DNA of 57,335 nt from positions 1-57,335 of the forward strand of contig JAJRYJ010000049.1 of assembly GCA_024275795.1 (NCBI GenBank). Direction: 5' to 3'. The stretch comes from Actinomycetes bacterium. Lineage in GTDB: Bacteria; Actinomycetota; Thermoleophilia; BMS3ABIN01. A program made the translations under genes and the position numbers. Positions 45,025 to 53,558 of this stretch are shown in pieces; position 1 is the first letter of the stretch, and each line of letters opens with the position of its first letter. The notes under the pieces were generated by a model. That model searched no databases. It was not told the DNA's origin and worked only from the letters and a program-made list of their open reading frames with translations.

Positions 45025-47244
45025 GTGATCAAGAAAAACAGCCTGAACATCCTGATAATCGAGGATAATCCCGCCGATATCCGCCTGGTGGAGGAGATGC
45101 TGCCCGAAAGCAGCGAACAACAACTGAGGATAATGACGGCGGACACCCTGGCGCAAGGGCTTGAAATACTTGCCTACGGTGATATAGATGTCATCCTTCT
45201 TGACTTGGAACTGACGGACAGCCAGGGCCTGGAGACGTTGGCCCGGGTGCACGAAGCTGTCCCGGGCGTGCCGATCATCGTGCTCACCGGGCTTGCGGAT
45301 GACGCGCTGGCCATCGGTGCTGTCAAGGGCAGTGCCCAGGATTACCTGGTGAAGGGGCAACTGGACGGCGACGAGCTGATGCGCTCCATACGTTACGCCA
45401 TCGAGCGCAAGCGGACCGAGGAGGCGCTGCGAAGCTCCGAGGAGCGCTACCGCATGCTGTTCGATTCCTCATCCGACGGACTCGTGCAGGTAGACAGAAG
45501 CGGCAGGATAGTCGATGTCAACCACACCATGAGCGACCTGCTCGGCTGGCCCCGTGACACTTTGGTGGGCAAACAGGTGGAAGCCCTGACCAATATCTTC
45601 ACCGGGGAGAGCATGTACAAGATGATCGATAATTTCACCAGGAGGCTGTCGGGCGAAGAGGTGCCGCCGTACGAGGTGGAAGCCGTAAGCAGAAGCGGTG
45701 AATCGATCTTCCTGGAGGTGAACGCGGTGCCGCTGAGGAACAACGACGGCGCCATCATAGGCGAACTGGCGGTGCTGCACGATATCACGCAGCGCAAGCG
45801 CTCCGAGGCCGAATTGCGGGAGGCGGAGAACCGCTACCGCACCCTGGTGGAGAAGATACCCGCCATCACCTACGTCACCAGCCTGAAGGAGCCGGGCAGG
45901 ATGCTCTATGTCAGCCCCCAGGTGAGCGACTACGGCTTCACTCCCGGCGAACTGACGAAGCATCCGGAACGCTGGTACAGCAGGATCCATCCCGGGGACC
46001 GCGAACTGGTGACGAGCGAGTTGATGCGCTCACGGGCGAATAATGAACCGTATTCCCTGGAATACAAGCTGGTCACGGATAACGGTCAGGTCGCGTGGAT
46101 GCGCGACGAGGCGATCCCCCTCTGCGACGAGCAGGGCAAACCCCGGATCATGCAGGGCATCATCGTCGATATCACGGAGCGCAAGACCGCAGAGGAACAG
46201 ATAGCGATCCAGCGACACGAACTTGAGCTTTCCAACCGCGAGCTGTCAGCCCTATACGAGGTCTCGACGGCCATCTCCGGCACCATCGACCTGGGCGAGA
46301 TGCTGACCCACACCATGGACACCATCACCAACCTGAAACTCTTCGCCTTCGAGGAGAAGGCGGGCATCTTCATCGTCGAAGGCGAAAGGATGCGGCTTGC
46401 CGCCCACAGCGGACACGACGAGACCTTCCTGAAGCTGCACGAGGACTTCCACGTTGGCCAATGCCTCTGCGGCATCGCCGCCAGGGACGGCGAGCTGCTG
46501 GTCTCCCGCAACTGCGAGAATGACGAGCGCCACAGCATCAGCTACATGGGCATGGAGCCCCATGGGCATATCATCGTGCCCCTGAAAGTACTGGACACGG
46601 TGGTCGGCGTCCTCTACCTCTACGTGGAGCAGGATGCCGTGATCAGCAAGCGCAAGCTGGAGCTGCTGTCATCCATCGGCAGCCATCTGGGCGTCGCCAT
46701 CGAGAACTCGCGGCTCTACGAGGAGACCAAGCTGCTGTCGCTGCACGACCCGCTCACGGGGCTGGCCAACCGCAACCTGATGAACTTCGAGCTGGAGAAG
46801 AACTTCGCCCGGTCGCGCCGCAACGGTAACCCCATCTCGATAATCATGCTCGACCTGGACTACTTCAAGGCCTACAACGACAGCTTCGGTCACGCGGCCG
46901 GCGACAGGCTGCTGCAGGATATCTCGACGGTTATCACATCGACGATCCGCGAGATAGACGTCGCCGTCCGCTACGGCGGCGAGGAGTTTCTGATCATCCT
47001 CCCGGACACGGACAGCGCTGCCGCTACCGATGTGGCGGAGCGTATTCGCGCTTTCGTCGAGGAGACCGCCTTCTGCTATTCGGAGGAGCAGCCGCCGGAA
47101 CACATCACCATCAGCCTGGGCGTTGCCACCCTCAACGAGGCGGACAAGGGCGAGGACGAGCTCATCGGCAGGGCCGACGACGCCCTCTACCAGGCCAAGC
47201 GCAAGGGAAGGAACCGCGTCGAGGTCTGGACCGACCGTATCTAG
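45025..47244 (+). CDS. Response regulator diguanylate cyclase (REC, PAS x2, GAF, GGDEF)
   Basis: GTG start. It has a REC domain (ILIIEDNPAD, LLDLELTD), an intact GGEEF active site and an RxxD I-site (REID) five residues upstream. Confidence 0.9.
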   Translation: MIKKNSLNILIIEDNPADIRLVEEMLPESSEQQLRIMTADTLAQGLEILAYGDIDVILLDLELTDSQGLETLARVHEAVPGVPIIVLTGLADDALAIGAVKGSAQDYLVKGQLDGDELMRSIRYAIERKRTEEALRSSEERYRMLFDSSSDGLVQVDRSGRIVDVNHTMSDLLGWPRDTLVGKQVEALTNIFTGESMYKMIDNFTRRLSGEEVPPYEVEAVSRSGESIFLEVNAVPLRNNDGAIIGELAVLHDITQRKRSEAELREAENRYRTLVEKIPAITYVTSLKEPGRMLYVSPQVSDYGFTPGELTKHPERWYSRIHPGDRELVTSELMRSRANNEPYSLEYKLVTDNGQVAWMRDEAIPLCDEQGKPRIMQGIIVDITERKTAEEQIAIQRHELELSNRELSALYEVSTAISGTIDLGEMLTHTMDTITNLKLFAFEEKAGIFIVEGERMRLAAHSGHDETFLKLHEDFHVGQCLCGIAARDGELLVSRNCENDERHSISYMGMEPHGHIIVPLKVLDTVVGVLYLYVEQDAVISKRKLELLSSIGSHLGVAIENSRLYEETKLLSLHDPLTGLANRNLMNFELEKNFARSRRNGNPISIIMLDLDYFKAYNDSFGHAAGDRLLQDISTVITSTIREIDVAVRYGGEEFLIILPDTDSAAATDVAERIRAFVEETAFCYSEEQPPEHITISLGVATLNEADKGEDELIGRADDALYQAKRKGRNRVEVWTDRI

Positions 47245-48863
47245 GCGATCCTGCCGCCGGCGGCGACGGCGTCATCTATGTAAAGTACCGCCGACTGTCC
47301 GGGGGCGACGCCGTATACCGGCTTTTCCAGCTCGATACGGCAACTGCCGGCGCCGCTTTCATCACCTGCTGCAGAAGCACCGGCGCTTTCCCGGTACAGC
47401 CGGCAGGGGACGGCCGGAGAGTTATACCTTACCTGCACCATCAGCGACCGCTCCCCTTCGATCTCCCGCAGCGGCAGGAAGGCGTTGATCCCCTCGAGGG
47501 TGAGGCTGCTCACGGCCAGCTCATCGCGGGTGCCGACCACCACTGTGTTACTGCCGGGGTCGGTGCTCACCACGTACAGCGGCTCCCGGGAGCTGATTCC
47601 CAGGCCCCGTCGCTGGCCGACCGTGAAGTTGAGATAACCGCAGTGGTAGCCGACGATTCTCCCGCCGGTGGTGACGATCTCCCCCTCTCCCGGCACGGTG
47701 CCGCCAACGTGACCGGCGCGCTCGATGATGAAGCGCCGGTAATCGTCACCGGGGATAAAGCAGACATCCTGGCTGTCGACGCGATTGTAGACCCTCAGCC
47801 CCGCCTGGTTAGCGATCTCGCGCGTATGCACCTTCTCGATCTCTCCCAGGGGAAAGTCCAGCCAGGGAAGCAGTGAAGGTCCGATGCCCCACAGCATGTA
47901 GGACTGGTCCTTGCCGGCGTCGCGCCCGCGGGCCAGCAGCGTCCGCCCCTCACGCTCAACAATGCGCACATAATGGCCGGTGGCGACCATGCCGGCGCCC
48001 AGCAGTTCTGCCAGCTCCACCAGCGCCGGGAAACGGATGGCGCCGTTGCAGATTGTACAGGGGTTGGGTGTGCGTCCCGCCAGGTATTCCATGATGAAAT
48101 CAGCCACCACCTGCTGTTCGAAGGCCCTGGTGTAATCTACTGTCAGATGCGGCAGCCCCAGCCCGTGGCAGACCTGCCGGGCGTCCCTGATCGACTCCGG
48201 GGAACAGCAGCTGACGCCGTCATCGGAGCCGGATCCCGGGTCAGTCTCACCGTCCTCTGCGTTATTTCCTGAAATCACCTCGCGGGATGCCTGCCCTTCA
48301 TCCCACAGCCGCATGGTGACGCCGATCACTTGCCTGCCTGCACGCTGCTCCAGCAGGCAGGCGGTTGAACTGTCGACGCCGCCGCTCATGGCGACTATTG
48401 CCGTTTCCGGATCGACAGTGTCCGCCGCCGGGAACGTTCCCCTCCTCAACGTATCCTCAAAGGCCCGATGCAGTGCCTCGACGGCGAACTCACAGGCCTG
48501 CCCCAGTGAACCCGGCTCCACTGCTGTTTTCACGGGGACGGTGTCGGTCAGCCGCTGCATGTCGGATTCATCACCGCCCCCCTCCGCCAGGCTGATGTAG
48601 ATGGCGCCGGCGGGGATTGCTGCAGCCTGTTTCCAGTCCAGCCCCTCCAGCCTCTGCGTCAGCAGGCTGGCGGCGGCGATGATTGCGCTGGAGCCCGATG
48701 CCAGGAAGGAAGCCTCGGATATCAACGCGCCATCGAAGCGAAGATGGATGGTGACCTCGGCGCCACAGTCCGCCTCGCCGGCGCGGCCGCTGCCGGCCGC
48801 GCCGGGAAGCTCGCGCCGGTTGTGAGGGTTGCGGAAGTGCTTGTTGAATGCTTCTGTGCTCAT
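47241..48863 (-). CDS. mnmA: tRNA 2-thiouridine(34) synthase MnmA with an N-terminal IscU/SufU-like domain
   Basis: It has the PP-loop VAMSGGVDSS, CCSPESIRDAR and the C-terminal MnmA barrel. The N-terminal 150 aa or so begin FNKHFRNPHN..ADCGAEV, which is IscU-like. The start is set at ATG 48863. Confidence 0.88.
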   Translation of the reverse strand: MSTEAFNKHFRNPHNRRELPGAAGSGRAGEADCGAEVTIHLRFDGALISEASFLASGSSAIIAAASLLTQRLEGLDWKQAAAIPAGAIYISLAEGGGDESDMQRLTDTVPVKTAVEPGSLGQACEFAVEALHRAFEDTLRRGTFPAADTVDPETAIVAMSGGVDSSTACLLEQRAGRQVIGVTMRLWDEGQASREVISGNNAEDGETDPGSGSDDGVSCCSPESIRDARQVCHGLGLPHLTVDYTRAFEQQVVADFIMEYLAGRTPNPCTICNGAIRFPALVELAELLGAGMVATGHYVRIVEREGRTLLARGRDAGKDQSYMLWGIGPSLLPWLDFPLGEIEKVHTREIANQAGLRVYNRVDSQDVCFIPGDDYRRFIIERAGHVGGTVPGEGEIVTTGGRIVGYHCGYLNFTVGQRRGLGISSREPLYVVSTDPGSNTVVVGTRDELAVSSLTLEGINAFLPLREIEGERSLMVQVRYNSPAVPCRLYRESAGASAAGDESGAGSCRIELEKPVYGVAPGQSAVLYIDDAVAAGGRIA

Positions 48864-48951
48864 GGCCCGCCGTCTCATCCCGCCTGCCTGTAAATCGCCC
48901 ACTTCCCGGCCGCAGCCTGCCGGGGAACCCCGGCGGAAAAACGATTGACAA

Positions 48952-48973
48952 GGGCGCGCCGAAGGCGCGCCCG
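48952..48973 (-). terminator. GC-rich hairpin downstream of the thioredoxin-like gene (possible terminator)
   Basis: GGGCGCGCC-TTCG-GGCGCGCCC forms a 9-bp stem. The T-run is interrupted (TTGTCAATCGTTTTT). Confidence 0.4.
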
Positions 48974-49016
48974 TCCGCAGCTTCATGTCATCCGGCGCTA
49001 ACAGCCTTGCCGGCGC

Positions 49017-49550
49017 CTACTGGAGCGCCTCTACCACACCCTGTTCCAGCGAGTCCGCGTCGGCGAAGCCTGTCCAGGCGCGCTGTACCCTTGATTCGGA
49101 GTTGATGACGACCACCGTCGGCGTTGTGTTCACCAGCAGCAGCTCCGCCAGATCCTTGTAGCGCTCGCCGTCCGAATAGAGATATGTATAGAAATCCATC
49201 TGCCCCTTGTATCTGCTCTCCAGGTTGGTCATGGCAGTGCGCACGCGCGCGTCGTCGTTGGGTCCCAGCTGATAGAAGGTAACAGCGATGGGCCGGCGCT
49301 TCTCGATGGATTCGCTGAAGTCCTCGGGAGTATTCTCGGTGGGGACGATCACCTGGTCGATCAGCATCTCGGGCCGGTCGACGTCTGAAGGCGATGACTG
49401 CTTCTTGGCGTCCTTCTTCTCCGCTGCAGCCTTGGTATCAGTCTTGGCGGCCTCTTCATCGCCGCCACCGCAGCCGGCGGATACAGCCAACAAAAAAACC
49501 ACGACCGTGAATACCAGCGCCGTGGCTATCAGCTTTAGGATTCTGTTCAT
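49017..49550 (-). CDS. Putative lipoprotein with a thioredoxin-like fold lacking CxxC
   Basis: It has a signal peptide with the lipobox AVSAGC, a Lys/Ala/Glu-rich linker, and a C-terminal Trx-like beta-alpha pattern without redox cysteines. Confidence 0.6.
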   Translation of the reverse strand: MNRILKLIATALVFTVVVFLLAVSAGCGGGDEEAAKTDTKAAAEKKDAKKQSSPSDVDRPEMLIDQVIVPTENTPEDFSESIEKRRPIAVTFYQLGPNDDARVRTAMTNLESRYKGQMDFYTYLYSDGERYKDLAELLLVNTTPTVVVINSESRVQRAWTGFADADSLEQGVVEALQ

Positions 49551-49789
49551 CCCCCACTTCTCCTGTCCAAAAGAAAGCTCCACCTTGCCGTGTTTGTCCG
49601 TTTATTGAACCTGCTCCAGCAGGTGGGTGCTCGCTCCCCAGCTACCCTCGGATAGGTGGGGAAGACTTAGCTCCCTTACATAATGTGTTGGCTCAATAAA
49701 GTTACAAATCACGCACAAGGTCGAGCTTGGGCTTATAGTAACATACGCATTTCTTCTTCGGCAATAGCCGCGAAATACCTTTTACATTC

Positions 49790-51541
49790 TTATCTCTGTT
49801 TCAGTTTCAGTTCCTTCAGCTGTTCCGGACTGACTGCGGCCGGCGCACCGGTGAGCGGACAGCCGCCGCTCTGGGTCTTGGGGAACGCTATCACATCGCG
49901 GATGGTATCCAGGCCCGCCATCAGCATCACCAGGCGGTCAAGGCCGAAGGCGAGGCCGCCGTGGGGCGGCGCCCCATACCTGAGCGCCTCCATCAGGAAG
50001 CCGAAATCCTGCTCCATCTTATGCTCCTCGTGCCCGAGGATCTCCAGGATGCGCCGTTGCAGCTCCGGCTTGTGGATACGCAGGCTGCCGCTGGCGATCT
50101 CGACGCCGTTGAGCACCAGGTCGTAGAGGCTGCCCCTTACCCTGAGCGGCTCATCGTCAAGAAAGCCGATGGTCTCCTCGTTGGGCAGGGTGAAGGGGTG
50201 GTGCTCGGCGATGATCTCGCCGCTGTCCTCATCCAGCTTGAACATGGGGAAATCGGTCACCCAGAGGAACTTCCAGCCCTCCTGCACCAGGTCGAGCTTG
50301 CGGGCCAGCCTGTTCCTGACGGCGCCCAGCACCGGCACCGCCGTCTGCACCGCGTCGGCGACGAAGAAGATGATATCGCCCTCCCGGGCGTCCACGGCCT
50401 CGAGGATGGAGCCGATCTCGTCCGGAGACATGAACTTGGCGATGGGCGACTGCACCTTGAGCCCATCGCGGATAATCAGGTATGCCAGCCCCCCGGCCCC
50501 CTGGCTGACGGCGTAGTCCGTGAGTTCGTCGATCTCCCGCCGCGAGAGCGCGGCGGCGCCGGGGGCGCGGATGGCGCGCACGATGCCGCCCGCCTCCAGG
50601 GTCTTGCCGAAGACCGCGAAGCCCGTCTGCCGCAGGATGTCCGAGACATCGACGATGGGCAGGTCGAAACGCAGGTCCGGCTTGTCGCTGCCATACCTGA
50701 GCATGGCCTCCTCGTAATCCATGCACGGGAAGGGGGTCTCCAGCCTGACGTCGAGGACGCTCTCAAACAGGTGCACCAGCAGGCGCTCCAGCAGCTCCAG
50801 TATCTCCGGTACCGTCATGAACGACATCTCCATGTCGATCTGGGTATGTTCCGGCTGCCGGTCGGCCCTCAGGTCCTCGTCACGGAAGGCATGGGCGAAC
50901 TGGTAGTAGCGGTCGATGCCCGCCACCATCAGCAACTGCTTGAACAGCTGGGGAGATTGGGGCAGGGCGTAGAACTTCTTCGGCTGCAGGCGCGCCGGCA
51001 CCAGGAAGTCGCGGGCGCCCTCCGGCGTGCTCTTGGTGAGCACCGGCGTCTCCACCTCGGTAAAACCGTTGCTGTCCAGGAAGCCGCGTACGCTGCGCGC
51101 CACCCTGTGTCTCAGCAACAGGTTGTCGCGCATCTCCTCGCGCCTGAGGTCGATATAGCGGTACCTGAGCCTGAGCACCTCGTCCACATCCGAACGCTCC
51201 TCGACGCTGAAGGGCGGCGTCTCGGCGCGGTTGAATACCTCCACCTCGCTGACGTCCACCTCCACCTCTCCCGTAGGCAGCTCCCGGTTCACCGTCTCCG
51301 CGGGGCGCGCCGATACCTTGCCCCTGACCATCAGCACGTCCTCGGAACGCAGCGAATGTCCGGTGGCGTGCACCTCCCCGGAGCGTTCCGGGTCGAAAGC
51401 CAGCTGCACCATGCCGCTGACGTCACGCAGGTCGATGAAGATGATGCCCCCATGGTCGCGCCAGCGATGCACCCAGCCGCAGAGGGTGACCTCGCGGCCC
51501 ACGTCTTCCTTCCTCAATTCACCGCAATAATCTGTTCTCAT
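49790..51541 (-). CDS. aspS: Aspartyl-tRNA synthetase
   Basis: 583 aa. It has an OB-fold N-terminus, class II motifs (FRDEDLRADRQPEHTQID, GGLAFGLDR) and a bacterial-type insertion domain. Confidence 0.95.
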   Translation of the reverse strand: MRTDYCGELRKEDVGREVTLCGWVHRWRDHGGIIFIDLRDVSGMVQLAFDPERSGEVHATGHSLRSEDVLMVRGKVSARPAETVNRELPTGEVEVDVSEVEVFNRAETPPFSVEERSDVDEVLRLRYRYIDLRREEMRDNLLLRHRVARSVRGFLDSNGFTEVETPVLTKSTPEGARDFLVPARLQPKKFYALPQSPQLFKQLLMVAGIDRYYQFAHAFRDEDLRADRQPEHTQIDMEMSFMTVPEILELLERLLVHLFESVLDVRLETPFPCMDYEEAMLRYGSDKPDLRFDLPIVDVSDILRQTGFAVFGKTLEAGGIVRAIRAPGAAALSRREIDELTDYAVSQGAGGLAYLIIRDGLKVQSPIAKFMSPDEIGSILEAVDAREGDIIFFVADAVQTAVPVLGAVRNRLARKLDLVQEGWKFLWVTDFPMFKLDEDSGEIIAEHHPFTLPNEETIGFLDDEPLRVRGSLYDLVLNGVEIASGSLRIHKPELQRRILEILGHEEHKMEQDFGFLMEALRYGAPPHGGLAFGLDRLVMLMAGLDTIRDVIAFPKTQSGGCPLTGAPAAVSPEQLKELKLKQR

Positions 51542-51579
51542 ATCTCAGTTCCTGTCCTCGATCTCAGTTCCTGTCCTCG
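51542..51579. repeat. Perfect 19-bp tandem duplication (ATCTCAGTTCCTGTCCTCG x2) immediately upstream of the aspS start codon
   Basis: 51542-51560 is identical to 51561-51579. On the coding strand each unit reads CGAGGACAGGAACTGAGAT and carries the likely SD. Confidence 0.9.
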
Positions 51580-51614
51580 TGGGCCTGAGCCGTTCCAAAA
51601 CCTTCCCCGGCATT

Positions 51615-52865
51615 CTACAGCCTGCCCCTGATGTATGCCTCGAGCTCATCGGCCGCCACATCCTCCTGGCCGCCGCTCTGCATATCCTTGACGGCCAGCT
51701 TCCCCGACTTAAGCTCATCCTCGCCGATAATCACCGTGAAACGGGCCCCCAGGCGGTCCGCCTGCTTCATCTGACCCTTCATCCTCCTGCCGGCGTAATC
51801 CGTATCGGCGGCGATGCCGCTCCTCCTCAGGGAGTGCAGTGACTTTACCACCAGCGGCCAGGCATCGTCGTCCAGCACTGTGAAAAAAACGTCCGTGCCG
51901 GCCGCCGCGGCCTCGGCGCCTGCGGACCTGAGAGCCAGCAGTATGCGCTCCAGGCCCGTGCCGAAGCCGACCGCCGGCGTCACCGGCCCGCTGATCTGCT
52001 CCACGAGCCGGTCATAGCGGCCGCCGCCGCCGATGCCCTTCTGCGCCCCCAGGCGCCTGCATTCGTATTCAAAGGTCGTGCGCGTGTAGTAGTCAAATCC
52101 CCGCACCAGCGTGCCGTCGACCTTGTAGCGGCGGCCCAGTCCGTCCAGGTAGCCCCTGACGCTCTCGAAATGATCCAGGCAACCGTCACAGAGGTTGTCC
52201 ACCAGCTTCGGCGCGTCCTCGAGCCTGGCCAGGCAACCCTCCTCCTTGCAGTCGAAGACCCGCAGCGGGTTCAGCTGCGCCCGCTCGCGGCAGTCGCGGC
52301 AGAGGCCGTCCAGCACGTCCTCAAGATAGGACTGCAACCTCTCGATGTAGTCCGGACGGCAGACGGGACAGCCCATGCTGCTCAGGCGCAGCCGCACGTC
52401 GGGCACCTGCAACTGCTCATAGAGGTCGGACAGCAGCATTATCATCTCCACGTCCAGCTGCGGCGCGCCGGAGCCGATGGCTTCGGCGCCCAGCTGGTAG
52501 TGTTCCCGGTAGCGTCCGGCCTGGGGCCTTTCGAAACGGTACATGCGCTCGTAATACCAGAGCTTCACCGGCTGGGGCAGCTTGTGCATGCCATGTTGCA
52601 CATAGGCTCGCACCACCGGCGCCGTACCCTCGGGCTTGAGCGTCAGGCTGCGACCGCCCTTGTCCTCGAAGCTGTACATCTCCTTGCGCACGATATCGGA
52701 AGACTCGCCGACGCCACGCACGAACAGGCCCGTCTCCTCGAAGGCGGGCGTGCCGATGCGCCCGTATCCGGCGGCGGCAAACAGGCGGCCGGCCGTATGG
52801 ACGATGCGCGAGCGCAGCGGCTGGTCCTTCGGAAGTACATCGTATGTCCCCTTGGGTCCCTGCAT
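51615..52865 (-). CDS. hisS: Histidyl-tRNA synthetase
   Basis: 416 aa with class II HisRS motifs (MYRFERPQAGRYREHYQ, GGGRYD). Confidence 0.95.
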   Translation of the reverse strand: MQGPKGTYDVLPKDQPLRSRIVHTAGRLFAAAGYGRIGTPAFEETGLFVRGVGESSDIVRKEMYSFEDKGGRSLTLKPEGTAPVVRAYVQHGMHKLPQPVKLWYYERMYRFERPQAGRYREHYQLGAEAIGSGAPQLDVEMIMLLSDLYEQLQVPDVRLRLSSMGCPVCRPDYIERLQSYLEDVLDGLCRDCRERAQLNPLRVFDCKEEGCLARLEDAPKLVDNLCDGCLDHFESVRGYLDGLGRRYKVDGTLVRGFDYYTRTTFEYECRRLGAQKGIGGGGRYDRLVEQISGPVTPAVGFGTGLERILLALRSAGAEAAAAGTDVFFTVLDDDAWPLVVKSLHSLRRSGIAADTDYAGRRMKGQMKQADRLGARFTVIIGEDELKSGKLAVKDMQSGGQEDVAADELEAYIRGRL

Positions 52866-52867
52866 GC

Positions 52868-53503
52868 CTACCAGTCTATATCCGCCAGGAAGATGTTGTT
52901 CCGCTTCTCCTCGCCCAGGGTGCTGCTGTTGCCGTGGCCCGGGTAGACCAGTGTCTCCGGGGGGAAGGCGCGGTTCAGTTCCCTGATGGACTCTACGAGC
53001 TGGTCGAAGGAGCCGCCGGGCAGGTCCGTGCGACCCACGGAACCGTGGAACAGCAGGTCACCGGTGAACAGCGCACCCTCGGAGAAATAACAGAGCGAGC
53101 CCGGTGAATGGCCCGGCGCCTGGACCGCTTTCACGATGACGCCGCCGACCTGCACCTGCTCCCCCCCGCCGAGGATGCGGTCGACCTCGCCGGCTGTCAC
53201 GTCCGGAAGGCCGGGAAACAGCCGGAACATGTCCGGGTCGGCGAGCACTGCCTCCACCTCGGCGCTGCCGTAGATGGGCGCGTCCGCCGCCCCGGCCAGG
53301 TCGACGGCGGCGCCGATATGGTCATGATGTCCATGGGTGATGAATATGGCTGCGACGGCGGCCTTGCACCGTTCGACCTCGGACATGACCAGGTCCGGGT
53401 CGCCTCCCGGGTCCACCAGGAACGCCGCCGCACCCGCGCCGGCCCCGCCACCGCCGCCGGCCAGCGCCAGGTAGCAGTTTGCCTGCAGTGGACCTACCGC
53501 CAT
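52868..53503 (-). CDS. MBL-fold metallo-hydrolase (glyoxalase II-like)
   Basis: It has HGHHDH and a later H/D ligand pattern. The start is trimmed to ATG 53503, with GGAGA upstream. The longer ORF overlaps pdp. Confidence 0.85.
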   Translation of the reverse strand: MAVGPLQANCYLALAGGGGGAGAGAAAFLVDPGGDPDLVMSEVERCKAAVAAIFITHGHHDHIGAAVDLAGAADAPIYGSAEVEAVLADPDMFRLFPGLPDVTAGEVDRILGGGEQVQVGGVIVKAVQAPGHSPGSLCYFSEGALFTGDLLFHGSVGRTDLPGGSFDQLVESIRELNRAFPPETLVYPGHGNSSTLGEEKRNNIFLADIDW

Positions 53504-53558
53504 GGTGATTATCTCCAAGCCCAAGGGCCTCCAATGCTGGATTTCCAAACAGCTAAAG

